Shown here piece by piece: positions 24,409-38,200 of a DNA stretch of 64,000 bases. Made by a program: the position numbers and the translations under genes. Each line of letters opens with the position of its first letter. Position 1 is the first letter of the stretch. Source of the DNA: Chiloscyllium plagiosum. Lineage: Eukaryota. Below the pieces are notes generated by a model that was not told the origin of the DNA, searched no databases, and was given only the letters and a program-made list of their open reading frames with translations. The stretch lies in contig NC_057751.1 in NCBI RefSeq assembly GCF_004010195.1, positions 7,364,063 through 7,428,062 of the forward strand. The letters run 5' to 3'.

Positions 24409-26367
24409 CTAGATAAGTATGTACCTGTCAGGCAGGGAGGAAGATATAGAATGCGTGAGCTGTGGTTTACTAAGAAGTGGAATCCTGATCAAGAAGAAGA
24501 AGACTTATGTTAGGACAAAATGTGAAAACTCAGGGCGCTTGAGGGTTACAAGGAAGTCAGGAAAGACCTAAAAAGAGAGCTCAGAAGAGCCAGGAGGAGA
24601 CATGAGACGTTGTTGGCGGATAGGATCAGGGTTAACCCTAAGGCTTTCCATAGGTATGTCAGGAATAAAAGAATGATGAGAGTTAAATTAGGGCCAATCA
24701 AGGATAATAGTGGGAAGTTGTGTGTGGAGTCAGAGGAGATGGGGAAGCACTAAATAAATATTTTTCGACAGTGTTCACTATAGAAAATGAGGTATTAGAA
24801 ATACTGCAGAGTGTGAAAATAGACAAGTCCCCTGGGTTGGATGGGATCTATCCTAGGATCCTCTGGGAAGCAAGGGAAGAGATTGCCGAGCCTTTGGCAT
24901 TGATCTTCAAATCATCATTATCTACAAGAATAGTGCCTGAGGACTGGAGGATAGCAAATGTGCTTCCCTTGTTCAAAAAGGGTAGTAGAGACAACCCTGG
25001 TAATTACAGACCAATGAGTCTCACTTCAGTTGTTGGTAAAGTGTTGGAAAAGGCTATAAGAGATAGGATTTATAACTATCTAGAAAAGAATAATCTGATC
25101 AGGGACAGTCAGCACGGTTTTGTGAAGGGTCGGTCGTGCCTAATGAATCTTATTGAGTTTTTTGACAAAGTGACCAAACAGATAGATGAGAGTAAATCGA
25201 TTGATGTGGTGTATATGGATTTCAGTAAGGCGTTCGATAAGGTTCCCCACAGTAGGCTATTAGACAAAATGTGGAGGAATGGGATTGTGGGAGACATAAC
25301 AGTTTGGATCAGTAATTGGCTTGCTGAAAGAAAACAGAGGATTGTAGTTGATGGAACATGTTTGTCTTGGTGTCCAGTTACTAGCAGCGTACCGCAAGGG
25401 TCGGTGTTGGGTTCACTGCTGTTCGTCATTTTTATAAATGACCTGGATGAGGGCTTAGAAGGGTGGGTTAGTAAATTTGCAGATGACACTAAGGTTGGTG
25501 GAGTTGTAGTTAGTGCCGAAGGATGTAGTAGGTTGCAGAGAGACATAGATGCAGAGCTGGGCTGAAAGGTGGCAAATGGAGTTTAATGTGGACAAGTGTG
25601 AGGTGATACACTTTGGACGGAGTAATCGGAATGCAAAGTACTGGGCTAATAGTAAGATTCTTGGGAGTGCAGATGAGCAGAGAGATCTCGGTGTCCATGT
25701 ACACAGATCCCTGAAAGTTGCCACCCAGATTGACAGGGTTGTTAAGAAGGCATATAATGTTTCGGCCTTTATTAATAGAGGGATTGAGTTCCGGAACCAG
25801 GAGGTTATGCTGCAGCTGTACAAAGCTCTGGTATGGCCACACTTGGAGTATTGTGTACAGTTCTGGTCACCGCATTATAAGAAGGATGTGGAAGCTTTGG
25901 AAAGGGTGCAGAGGAGATTTACAAGGATGTTGCCTGGTACAGAAAGAGTGTCTTACGAGGAAAGGCTGAGGGCCTTGAGGCTGTTCTCGTTAGAGAGAAG
26001 AAGGTTGAGAGGTGATTTAGTAGAGACATACAAAATAATCAGAGGGTTAGATAGGGTGGACAGGGAGAGCCTTTTTCCAAGTATGGGGACGGCAAACACG
26101 AGGGGACACAACTTTAAAGTGAGGGGAGATAGGTATAAGACAGATGTCAGAGGTAGTTTCTTTACTCAGAGTAGTAAGGTTATGGAATGCTTTGCCTGCA
26201 ACGGAAGCAGATTCGCCAAGTTTAAGTGCATTTCAGTTGTCATTGGACAGGCATATGGACGTACATGGAATAGTGTAAGTGGGTGGGCTTCAGATTAGTA
26301 TGACAGGGCGGCACAACTTCGAGAGCCAAAGGGCCTGTACTGCACTGTAATATTTTATGTTCTATGT
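24409..26367 (+). mobile_element. CR1 LINE (HER1-like), 5'-truncated, relatively young
   Basis: RT motifs [36 protein letters not shown] (24720-25565), frameshift near 25550, then C-terminus HLEYCVQFWSP; ttctatg tail. Confidence 0.96.
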
Positions 26368-27271
26368 AACAGATGCCATGTTGTAGTTTATCTACCTGTG
26401 TGACATGGTCACCCTCTCTGTGTCTGTGTGTCTCTGTCTCATTAGTTTTGTTTTCAATACATGCAGAACATCCTTAGGTTTTATTCTGTTGTTTCCAAAA
26501 TTGTAAAGAGTCTGATTTGTTGCCCCAACTCTTTGTTTCCTGTGAAAATGAAGATTTCAAACTGCAGTCAGCTTGATCTTATGTGGTTGTGAATGCGTAC
26601 CTTGAATTCGAGTCTGTAGCATGGAAACAAGTCATTCAGCCCCACTACCCTGTGTTTTCCATTTTGTCCCATTGCATTTAGCAGTATGTTTCCGGACAGG
26701 AGGTTTATATTTCGGTTGTTTTTGTGCTTTGTTGCATGGCAGAACAATGGGTTGTAATTTTGCGGGGGACCAGAAGAGAGAGATTTGAAAACCAAACTGT
26801 TGACGTAACTTCTTAACGGTTGATGTCTGGTTCAACTGAACACAACTCGACCACTTCACTGTACACTGCTGTGTGACAGTACGCATGACCGAATGTCGAA
26901 AATCCTTTGTCACTTATCCCGTTCATGACTGTCTCCCGGTAAACCGGTGTTTACCTAAAATTGTCCTCATTCAGTGAGCTTACATTTAACCTTTGTCATT
27001 CTCAAACGTTTGCACCAGACTAGTTAATTTTCAAACCATCCCTCTTCAAGTTTGCGACTGTCAAATGACTAACCTTTTCTCAGTTTTTCTGGTCTATGCT
27101 TTTGTTGCAGTTGAATCTTGGATTGGAGGGGGTGGGGGGGTCAAATGGCTGGTGAAAATAATAGTTTCTTTGGGAGTATTCTTTTTTGCTGAGCTAAGTG
27201 AGGTCATCGTTGCATTGAAGAAAGAACTCGCCATTCTGATCGGCAGGAGTATATTCCCTCCAAATGTGGAC

Positions 27272-27448
27272 AAAGTTTAAAAAAAATCACAAAACCAGGT
27301 TGTAGTCCAGCAGGTTTCGTTGGAAGCAGTAGCTTTGGGAGCGCTGCTTCATCAGGTGGCTGTCCTAATGATAAAGCAGCGCTCCAAAAGCTACTGCTTC
27401 CAACTAAACCTGCTGGACTATTATCTGGTGTTGTGATTTTTAACTTTT
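27272..27448. repeat. Fold-back palindrome, further pLTR-like family (GAAAGCTA-type hammerhead, decayed)
   Basis: aaaatcac..ccaggttgtagtccagcaggttt..ttggaagcagtagcttt.. mirrored by ..aaagctactgcttccaa..aaacctgctggacta..gtgattttt; ctgatgaagcagcgctcccaaagcta on -. Confidence 0.8.
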
Positions 27449-27599
27449 GTGCAGTTTTAATGTGCAGTCGAGCTGTCTGGAATCAGGAGTGTCACTTGAG
27501 GCAGGATTTAGGATAGTGGGACTTTGCATTTTTTACAAAGGGAATAGCTTAAATAATCAAAAAGAGTGCAGGAAGAGCTTTCAAGTGGCCGTTGAGTGG

Positions 27600-29600
27600 A
27601 TTGAAATTTAGAGCCTGTACAATCTGGACGGGCTGAAGGGCCATACTGTGCGTTGTAGTGTTCCATTGTTGTCGTCCTGCCGAGATGGGCGTGGTGGTTC
27701 GTGTTTATTGAGATGCTGTGATTGTACACAGTAGTGACTCTGAGCCTATGTTTATTCAGTGTATGGGATTCTGTTTTGCCGCTCACGGAGGTGGATGTTT
27801 GTATGAATTTCTCTCTCTATCTCTGTCTGTGTGCATATCGGTTGCACTGCCTCTTTAAATGGGCGCGTCAGTCTGTGGGCTGGATTAGAGGCTGCGCGGG
27901 GTTGAATCAGAACAAGTTTCGGGGGGTAAAAAGCAAATTGTATTATGTTCGGAAGAAAAAAAATTGAGGCTGAGCCTTGTAAAAATATACATGTTTTCCG
28001 CGAGAAGGATGTGTAGAAAGAGAGATGCAGAGCGAAGCAATCGCTTCTTGCAAGGTTTTAGCGAATAAACAATAGAGCTTTAAACATCTGGTCATTTTCA
28101 GCGTCGAACTGACGGGCTGTACATCATTTCTCTCTCTGGTTTTACTCCTCCCTCTCCACTCCCGCTTCCAGTTTTCCAGCCGGACCTTCACCTAAGATCT
28201 CGACTTGACGCTGCTCCTTCAGATGGAAGTTTGCTGAAAAAGAGGGCACTGGCCGCTGGGTTTCGGGAAGGAGCGACACTTGTGAACCGAGGTAAGGAGA
28301 GTCTCCAATGGCATTGCAATGAAATCCGTGCTTATACGTCAGACATACCAATCTCGGATCATTGTGTTCTCACATTGTGTAACTCGTTAAATATTTTGTA
28401 GCAAACTCCGGGTTAGTGGCAGTCTCAATCAAGATTAGTATGTCTTGTGTATTTTGAGAAACGTGCAGTCCAGTTTCCATTCGACCCCTGTTTTCTTCCT
28501 CTCCCCAGTTTAATGCAATATAAATGTGTCGCGAAGCTGAAGCCCAAGTCGACCCATTGCCTTTCATTGGTCCAGGACAATGAAAACGAGCAATGGGCGA
28601 GACCGCTTCATTCACAAAGCTGGGCTCGAAGGGGAAAAGCACTGCATACCTCGGGGCTATTGCCACATAGCTGTAGTTTGTTAAATACGTATTTGCCTTC
28701 AATTTTGTTGAAATTGATCTGGTGTAAAAGTAGATTTAGTTCGGTTTTTGACGATGGTCTCATGCGTTTGGTGCTGTATAGTGCATAAAATACCTCGAAG
28801 AGAAGGTCCAGATGCCCGGACCTCCGAGTTCTGCTTTGTTCTTCGCGCCTTGGGCAAATCTGGTGCATTTTTTTTTAAAAAAAAGAGGGAACACCGACCG
28901 ATCGCATTTCAAAACGAGAAGAGTGTAGATTTGGAGGGAGCGGGGAAATGGAGTCTGTCGAATGATAACGCGGTGACCAGGGAGTCGATACTTATTTTTC
29001 CGAATATCGATTCAGTCTACTTCACGGGAGGCTGGAAACGTATGCTGGGCAAGAGCTTCTGCAAAAGAAGCGCCCAATCTCGTTCAGGAGGAGTGCTGGA
29101 CGTTGGTCTGAGTGCAGTGTGCCTTGTTACTGATGAGCAAAATGTTTCTGAATTCTAATATATAGCAACACAGTATGCATTTCCTGGAACCCATACTGAA
29201 ACGGCTGGAAAATGTCAGCTGGACTGCCAGCTTCTGTGGCGAGATAAGAGTTAACGAGCGAGCCTCCTTCAGAATTGTTCCTCCAGCAATTTCTGATTTT
29301 TGTTTGTTTCAGATATATCCTGTGTTCGCACTTGGGTTTTTATTATCAATTTCCTGGCCTCCCACTGAGTTTTGTTTGACCAAAGTGATCTTTACAAGAT
29401 TGAAGGTTGTTTTGTGGAGGTTATTGATGTGGCAGGCGGAGTGGCGCGATGTGCTGAAGGAGGATCTTTGTAACTTCAGTCGGGCTATTTTTTTTCAAAT
29501 GGAGTGACGCAACTTCAATTTAAAAGGGCAGTGTGTGAAACCAGCTGCAAGTCCGAGCAGCTGGGTCAGGATGTGTAGATTTCGGGCTGTTGTTATTTCT
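27600..29600 (+). promoter_or_regulatory. CpG-rich promoter-like region, likely the SEMA4C promoter
   Basis: CpG density is visibly higher than in the depleted flanks. GC box GGGCGTGG at 27687-27694 and CRE-like half site tacgtca near 28335. Contains the exon with the strong donor at 28292. Confidence 0.55.
28180..28291 (+). other. SEMA4C: Putative 5'UTR exon of SEMA4C (start may be 28172, or further upstream if it is the first exon)
   Basis: Strong donor cgag|GTAAGG at 28292 inside the CpG-rich region. It is preceded by a long pyrimidine tract with CAG acceptors ending at 28171 and 28179. Linkage to SEMA4C is inferred from position. Confidence 0.55.
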
Positions 29601-29609
29601 TCGAGGAGA

Positions 29610-29785
29610 AAGTGAGGACTGCAGATGCTGGAGATCAGAGCTGAAAATGTGTTGACCCAGTATATGACAGGAAAAGCGCAGCAGGTCAAGCAGCATCCAA
29701 GGAGCAGGAGAATCGACGTTTCGGGCATGAGCTCTTCAGGATGCTGCCTGATCTGCTGCGCTTTCCCTGTCATATACTGGGTCAA
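29610..29785. repeat. Asymmetric PLE pLTR palindrome
   Basis: Arms 29652-29698 and 29739-29785 enclose a - strand hammerhead with a helix II deletion (29715-29739). Confidence 0.85.
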
Positions 29786-29789
29786 GTAT

Positions 29790-30868
29790 ACAGGGAGAAC
29801 TAGCCATTTGGATACAGAACTGGCTCAAAGGTCGAAGACAGAGGGTGGTGGTGGAGGGTTGTTTTTCAGACTGGAGGCCTGTGACCAGTGGAGAGTCACA
29901 AGCATCGGTGCTGGGTCCTCTACTTTTTGTCATTTACATAAATAATTTGGATGTGAGCATAAGAGGTACAGTTAGTAAGTTTGCAGATGACCCCAAAATT
30001 GAAGGTTGTGTGAACAACCAAGAGGGATACCTCAGATTACAACAGGATCTTGACCAGTTGGGCCAATGGGCTGAGAAGTGGCAGATGGACTTTAATTCGG
30101 ATAAATGCAAGGTGCTGCATTTTGGGAAAGCAATTCTTATCAGGACTTATACACTTAATGGTAAGGTCCTAGGGAGAGTTGCTGAACAAAGAGACCTTGG
30201 AGTGCAGGTTCATACCTCCTTGAAAGTGGAGTCGCAGGTAGATAGGATAGTGAAGAAGGTGTTTGGTTTGTTTTCCTTTATTGGTCAGGGTATTGAGTAG
30301 AGGAGTTGGGAGGTCATGTTGCAGCTGTACAGGACATTGGTTAGGCCACTGTTGGAATATTGCATGCAATTCTGGTCTCCTTCCCATTGGAAAGATGTTG
30401 TGAAACTTGAAAGGGTTCAGAAAAGATTTACAAGTATGTTGGCAGGAGAAGCTGAACAGGCTGGGGCTGTTTTCCTTGGAGCGTTGGAGGTCAAGAGGTG
30501 ACCTTTTCATAGAGGTTTATAAAATCATGAGGGCATGGATAAGGTAAATAGACAAAGTCTTTTCCCTGGGATGGGGGAGTCCAGAACTAGAGGGCATAGG
30601 TATAGGGTGAGAGGGAAATGATATAAAAGGGACCTAAGGGGCAATGTTTTCACATAGAAGGTGGAGCATGTGTTGAATGGGTTGCCAGAGGAAGTGACAG
30701 AGGCTTGTACAATTGCAATATTTTAAAAGGCATTTGGATGGGTATATGATTAGGAAGTGTTTGAAGGGATATGGACCAGATGCTGGCAGGTGATTGGGAT
30801 GGGATATCTGGTCGGCATGGACGAGTTGGACCGAAGGGTCTGTTTGCTGTACATCTCTGACTCTATGT
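29790..30868 (+). mobile_element. CR1 LINE 3' part
   Basis: SVLGPLLFVIYIN..FADD..WQMDFNSDKCKVLHFG; RPLLEYCMQFWSP; 3' tail. Confidence 0.93.
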
Positions 30869-31079
30869 GCTTGAGCCTTAAAGCTTTGTAGGACTGCTTC
30901 ACAAACCATAACAGAAGAATGCGAGCAGGCTGTTTCGCCCCTTAAGCCTATGCTACCATTGACAATGATGGCTAACCTGATACTGTTTATTGTCTAGTTT
31001 GGTTACATTTTACCTATTGCCCATGATTCCCTTGCTGATCAATCTATCTGTCTCTGCTTTAAATATATGCAAGGAATGT

Positions 31080-33000
31080 ATTTAAAGAACTCAATAAGGT
31101 TTGTGAGGCACAATCTACCTTTCATACAACTGTGTTGAGTATCCCTAATCAACTTCTTCCTCCCTAGATAATTATAAATCCTATCTCTTGTAACCTTTTC
31201 CAACACTTTACACACAACCGAAGTAAGGCTCAGTGGTCTTTAATTACCAGGGTTGTCTCTCCTCCCCTTCTTGAACAAAAGGACAACATTTGCTATCCTC
31301 CAGTCTGTTGTCATTGTCCATAGGAATAGTACCAATGTAAAGATCAAAGCCAAAGACTGCAATCTCCACCCTGGCTTCCCAGGGAATCCTAGGATAATTC
31401 CCATCTGGCCAGGGTACTTACCTATTTTCAGAATTTCCAGCGCCACCTCTTTGTGAACCTCGATCCCGTCTAGTCTAGTCACATGTATCTCAGTATGCTC
31501 CTCCTCAATATTATCTTTTTCGAGTGTGAATACTGACAAAAAATATTCATTTAGCGCTTCCCCTATCTCCTCGGACTCTGCACAACTTCCCATTACTGTC
31601 CATGATTGGCCGTAATCTTTTTCTCGCCATTGTTTTATTTCTGATATGCTTATAGAAAGTTTTAGGGGTTTCCTTGATCCTACCTGCCAACGACTTCTCA
31701 TGTCTTTTCCTGGCTCCTCTTAGCTCTCTCTTTAGGTCTTTCCTGGTTCACCTGTAACTCTGAAGCACCCGCGATGAGCCTTCACGTCTCATCCTAATAT
31801 AGGCCGTCACCGCCGCTGCCTTGACAAGATATTCAACTTCTTTAGTAAACCATGACTCCCTCGCTTAACCACTTCCTCCCAACCTGACAGGTTCATACAA
31901 ATTAAGGACACGTAAGATTAGATTACATTACATTACATTACAGTGTGGAAACAGGCCCTTCGGCCCAACAAGTCCACACCGACTCGCCGAAGCGTAATCC
32001 ACCCATACCCCTACATTTACCCCTTACCTAACACTACGGGCAATTTAGCATGGCCAATTCACCTGACCTGCACATCTTTGGACTGTGGGAGGAAACCGGA
32101 GCACCCGGAGGAAACCCACGCAGACTCGGGGAGAAGGTGCAAACTCCACACAGTCAGTCGCCTGAGGCGGGAATTGAACCCGGGTCTCTGGCGCTGTGAG
32201 GCAGCAGTGCTAACCACTGTGCCACTGTGCCGCCCACATTTCACATTTCACACTTCAATTGTGCCCATCCCCTGCAGTTTCCTTCCCCATCCAGTGCATC
32301 TTAAATCTTGCCTAATCGCATCATAATTGCCTTTAGCCCACCTGTAACTCTTGCCCTGTGGTATATATCTATCCCTTTCCATCACTAAACGAAACAGAAG
32401 CGAATTGTAGTCACTATCACCAAAGTGCTCACCTCTCTCCAAGCCTAACACCTGGCCAGGTTCACTACTCCAGTACCAAATTCAGTGTGGCCTCGCCCCA
32501 TGGCTTGTCTACATACTGTGTTGGGAAAACATCCTGTAAGCATTGTACAAAACTGACACATCTAAAGTACTCGATCTATAGTATTTCCTGTCAGTATTTG
32601 GAAAGTTGAAGTCCCCCATGACAACTACCCTGTTCCTCTTTCTCCTATCTAGAATTATCTTTGCTGTCCTTAAATCTACATCTCTGGAACTACTAAGAGG
32701 CCTATAGAAAACTCCCAACAGGGTGACCTCTCCTTTCCTGTTTCTAACTTCAGTCCATACTGCCTCCATAGAAGAGTCCTCAAACATCCTTCCTGCTACT
32801 GTAATCCTGTCCTTGACTAACAATGCCACACCTCCCCCTCTTTTACCATTTCCTCTCTTCTTATGGAAACTTCTAAATCCCAGAGCCGGAAACAACCATT
32901 CCTGTCCTTGCTCTATCTGTGTCTCTGAAATGGCCACAACATTGAAGTCTCAGGTACCGACCCATGTTGCAAGTTCACCCACCTTATTCTGGATACTCCT
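31080..33000 (-). mobile_element. CR1 LINE fragment (EN + RT start) interrupted by an HE1 SINE
   Basis: AISET..RGGGVALLVK..GVFYRP..VVMGDFNFP (32509-32937) and DWRIANV..FKKG..DNPGN. Confidence 0.92.
31914..32236 (-). mobile_element. HE1 (V-SINE)
   Basis: Same architecture, with (attac)n tail. Confidence 0.92.
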
Positions 33001-33650
33001 AACCTCTTCAGCCTTTACTCAAAAGACAACCCTCCATTCTAGGGATCATCCCAGTGAAGTTTCTCTGAACTGACACCAATGAAATCACTCCTTTTTCCCT
33101 TAAATAAGGGCATCAAAACTGTTGACAGTTCTCCACATGTCATCTCATCATCTTGTCCAGTTGCAGTAAGACTTCCTGACTCTTGGATGCCGATCCCCTT
33201 CAAGTAAAGGCCAACATTCCATTAACCTTCCTGATTACTTGCTGCTTCTGTCTCCTAACTTGGTTTCATGCACAAGGGCTCCCAAGTCCTTTTGTGTTGC
33301 AGGATTCTGCAGTTTTTCTCTACTTAAATAACCTGTTCTATGATTTGCCATTCCAAAATAAAGACAATTTTTACCTCTTGCACACTATTCCAATTGACCA
33401 ACCTTGTGCTTGTTCAACCAGTTTATATTGCTTTGTAAACTGTTGATATCCCCCTCTCAACTTGGCTTCACACCTAGTTGTCATCTGCAAGTTAGGCCAG
33501 AGTACATTGGCTTCCTTTATCTGAGTCATTAAGATATATTGTAAAGAATTTGAGGTCCCAGCGCTGATCCTGTGGAATGCTACTGTTTATAGGTTACTAA
33601 CCTGACGAAGAACCCCTTACTCCCAACTGCTGTGTGCTGCCCATGAGCTA
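33000..33650 (-). mobile_element. Old CR1 fragment
   Basis: Decayed RT-to-3' similarity, e.g. gtcccagcgctgatcctgtggaatgc reads GIPQ.SALGP on -. Confidence 0.6.
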
Positions 33651-35059
33651 TATCTTTGCACAGCAACATATTCCTTCCTGTAATGTGGCCTTGACTTCCT
33701 CATGGGATCAGATCCCACTGCAGCATAGGGAAGAGACATTGTATGCACCCAAGGTGGTGCCAAGTGAGTATGAAGGAAGCAAGCTGCGTTGAGATATACA
33801 CTGTTCAGATGTGTGATGGTTACGTGGTTGTCCCTGCTTGCCAAGTGACATGACAGTATCATTGCATTCTGCTGTGTTGGTGAGTTCCAATGCAGCATTT
33901 GAAGTGATAAACAGTAATGAGTGAATACAATGTGCTCTGTGGTAAGGTTGTGACTTTGCCAATGCTAACCTTCATGGATAAAGGCATGTGAGCAATAGCA
34001 AACCTTTTTCACTGAACCACTGCTGATATTAACTAATTTCAAATTGATAGCACCACTCCAATCCCTTCTCATTGCGAGAAGCACAGGAGGTGATTGAAAA
34101 TTGGAAAGAGCTACAGCTTACTCAGCCATCTGTTTGGAGAAACTGGTCCCTGATTTTACTTGGCCTGAGGTGGTTATGGTATCTTCTGTTCCAACTCACT
34201 GCCACTGTTTGTTGTAATAATAGAACTGGCTTCCAAATCTGTGTCAGAACACCAAATTTTGGCTTGATGGTTGATGTCTGACTGACTGAATCTTCTACAG
34301 TCTGAAAGCGCAATTGTGCCAAATGAGTCTTTCAAGATTCCTTAATGGCCACTGGCAATTATAAATCTCTCTGACCCTATGAAATGTTGGTGGTGGGGGC
34401 GGTTTTGAACAATCCTGGGGTGGGTGCGTGTCATGGGTGAGAGTAAGCAAAAGAGACAAAATGTACAGGTCAGAGGAGGGAGAAAGGAAAGTTCATGTGA
34501 GGGGTGGGGCAGAGTTAAGTTGGGGACCCGTACGAAATCTATATTGGAAGATTGTCCCTGGAAGTACCCTGCTGATTTTTCTAATGGCACTGATGAAAAT
34601 TGTGCTCTCAATGCAGGCACACATCAGTTCCTGATTGTGCTCAGAAGCTATTCAGTAACATGACGCAGATTCGCTGTTCATATAATTTGCACAGCCAGGG
34701 CTACACAGGATCATGCGGAGGGGCTATGTTCCAAAATACTCAGGATATAAGCGTCATTAATTCAACCCTATTATTGCTTATTTGTATGAGAAAAGAAAAC
34801 TCGGCAGGTATTTTCTGCCATTCGTCTTGTACTTGAACAAACTCTTTTGTCTGACTTCCAAACTCCCCCTTGTCTTAGTATATTGCTAGCTCAATGTTTG
34901 TCTGCTGATAGTGGTAGAATACACAAAATTGGCCTCTTTCTGTCAATCTGTAATACTTGCGACATATTTTGAATGTACCAGGGTTCACAACTGGAATTCA
35001 TTCTTGACCTTCGTCTCATCCTGTTTAATTTCTTAATGTTAATGAAGTTTGTGGCCTCC

Positions 35060-35275
35060 TGCTGCACTTGATTTTTCACCCATCTTGACGGTAAATCGTG
35101 CACTTTGCATTTAACATCTCCAAATGCAAATGATCATGTTCGTCCCACACAAGTTCTGTTAACAGGCTCTCATAATAGAAGCAGTTTTTGCACCACTCGG
35201 CTTTGTCAGTGCAGCGTTCCTCCTCTGGTCCCATTTGCTTAATGTAGAAGCAGTTGTATTTCTGAGCCAAGTATG
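35060..35275 (-). mobile_element. Possible fossil of a Harbinger-type Myb/SANT-like gene
   Basis: Across frameshifts SEIQLLL / DQRRNAALTKPSGAKTASIMRAC / DVKCKVHDLPSRW loosely follows the NAIF1-like Myb pattern; matched by eye only. Confidence 0.25.
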
Positions 35276-38200
35276 CTTGTGATCAGACAGTACAGTGCAG
35301 CCTTTGTCCGGACTGTATGGGCAATAACCTGGTCTGGCACGCTTTGAGCCCATCTGACCCATGGGGCAAATGCTAGCTTTCTAAGCATCACTTCTGTCAC
35401 TCCCAGTCCAATTCTCTTCATGCAACTGTACATTCTTCATTTACTGAATTGAGTCGTTGCTACCTGGATGACTGCCTTGGTAACTGCTTCCCAGTCATGG
35501 TCACAGAATGCACATCAATTCATAAAATTGTTATCCCATAGCTCGTGCATCTTGTAGTTGAAAACACAAGTTTATCCTGAAGTCCTTTGAACCACGTAAA
35601 GGGGACTTTGTTTTATTCCAAGTCTGCCATACAAAAATCAGTCAGCTGTACAGCTTTAACAAATGTTCTCATTTTGAGTGAATGCAGCCACGGGCACACA
35701 ATGCTGCCCCCCCCACCACCACCACCTGAAAATGCTCACCTGCAGCAAAGTTTCTTCATCCCAAGAACAATTACAGTACATCTTGTCTGAGCTAAGAACC
35801 CTGCGGCTTAGTTGTGTGGTGAGAAGAACTAGCCTGGGTTGCAGTTTTTCAGTGCCATTGTGGCAGTGTAACGGCTTGCTTGCTGCTGTTTTTTCCTTAG
35901 TTTTTGCAGCCAGCCTGAACCTGTAACAACAGTAATCGGTCTACTACATGCATGTTTGATTCAGTTGACAGTTTTTTTTTCTTAATAAAACTGCTGCCGT
36001 CTCTCGAGCATTGCCTTAAGAGACGTGTTCTGTTTAATCAGTCTATGGTAGTGCTTGTTGTCCAGTGCTTAATGTTGAATGTAGTACGTGACAAAAACAT
36101 ATGTCCAAAATTTGCAGTTTTGCTTTTACTGTTTGAACCACAAATTGTGAGGTCAGCCCAAGTGTCTGCCTGTCAGTGCCGAAGTTGTCGACTGCCTCAT
36201 TAAAGCACCATTTCAAGTTTGTGAGGCAGTTCGATGGTTGATGCTTGCAGTAACTGTGTCTAAGCTTTTTGTTTTTGTAAATGCTTCTCTAGGTTCACTA
36301 AAGTTCCCCTCTGGCTGACGCATACTCCCTCCACCTGTGTTTGGAGCTAGAGCGCAACTCTGTACGTATCAGTCTCTTGGACAATGTTTAGGTGTTTTGT
36401 GAAAGTTGATGAGGGGAATGACAGGTTGGCTTTGGAGAGTCCATTTGAGCTTGTACAGTATGGAAGTATTTCTGGGGTTTAACATGTTTGCACTTTGATG
36501 TAATAGGTTTGGTAAACCTGCCTTGTGTTTTCTTGAGATTTTAAGATTGTCGGATGATTGCAATCCTATTGCACGTGGTCAAGGCATTGAGTGGGCTCAT
36601 GAGGTCATACGTTTGCAAGTCCATCTGCAAGTTCCTATCCATATTTGTACAGTCCAAGTCGAATGAAGCTTTTTGAAGACTGAGCAGTGAATGCTTACTT
36701 GGTAAGGTATGTTAAGGAGCAGCACACTTGAATTTGAAGAACAGTTGATTAAACAAACGTGGTTGCAGGAGCTGAAAGGCTCACTATTGTCACAGCTGAG
36801 GCCTATCCCACATGTATACACAAGTGAATTCCGAACAGAAAACACAAACATGATCAGGATTGGAAATCTTGGCATAGTGCTGCTTTTTTTGGATGTAGTA
36901 ACACTTCTGAAGGTATTAATAGAAGCTGAAATGGTTCCACCTGTAATTACTGATCTCTCAGCCTGGGTGGAGAGCAAGAGTTTGTTTCTGCTTTTGTGAG
37001 CAGGTGCATCAGCTCCCTGACTCTGAACAGTAATCTCTGAAATATAGTTCTAGTTATTGCTGTCACATAACAGTTGTTATTGAGTAGTGCATCTCCTGTC
37101 GGTCGTCCACAGTTGGATGTGGTCAAGCAGTCATCATTCGCTCGAGTGACATGAGGCTTGAGGGCAGCAAACCCCTTTAGGTCTAAGTCTGCATTGATGG
37201 CAGGAACTGGGAAATGACTAGTGTATATCGGGGAAACAGCACAAGTTTCACTGGTTTGCTTCATCGAGGAATATTGATGTTGCAATTTCCAGTTGGACTC
37301 TTTGTGAAACAGAGAGCCTCAACTTGGGGATTTATTCCGTACTGGTAAGAGATGGATGGGATGCTGTGCTGAGATGCACCTCAGTGGGACCTTCCATCTC
37401 CTGATTTTTGGTACCTGATAGATAGTTGCTGATATTTAACTTAAGATAAAGAAATGGTAATGCACTGAAAAAAAGCTTGACCTTCAGTGGTGCCTTGTGT
37501 AGGAGGGAAGTGGATGGTTTCGAAGATTTCGGACTTGAGAGTCTAAACTCCTCAAGATATTGGCGGATCCATGGACACCTTTCGACTAAGTTGTGACAGT
37601 CAGTGCCTGGAATGCAAACAGGAGTCTGGGCAGAACCCACCCTCCACCATAGGTCACTTGTTGCTCCTTCAACTTTTCATAAAGATAACTGGCATAAAGT
37701 TGGTTCTTTTTTGTATTAGTGAATTAATTTATATAATCCACCAACCATTACATGGGGAATGCTTAATGTGCTGATGAAAATGAAACAAGAGCCACCTTGT
37801 TAAAGATGTCAGTATTCCGAAAGGAGTGGTTTGCTCTGGTGAACCGGAATTAATGTGTGGGATCACTTCAAGACTTTTGCTTTTCTGACAGATTTTGCTT
37901 CGGGCATTGCTTCATGTTGCTTTTCATCAGAACATTGCATTTACTTCTTGAAGTTTGGACCGATGCGTGCAACAGAAGCAATAATCAATGTGAACAGCTG
38001 AATATCAAATTGCTTTCCTCTCTCCTTGTTACTGTCATGTGAACTCTGGTACTTCCTGCCTGTTCCTAAAGCAGTTGATCTGGGTGCGTGGCTGAGTACG
38101 AATACAATTGGACATAGAAGAAATTAATATCAATCTTTGTCTTTTGTTAATATATCAGGGCATCTACAAAACCATGGTTCTGCCATTGGAAAGGAACAAT

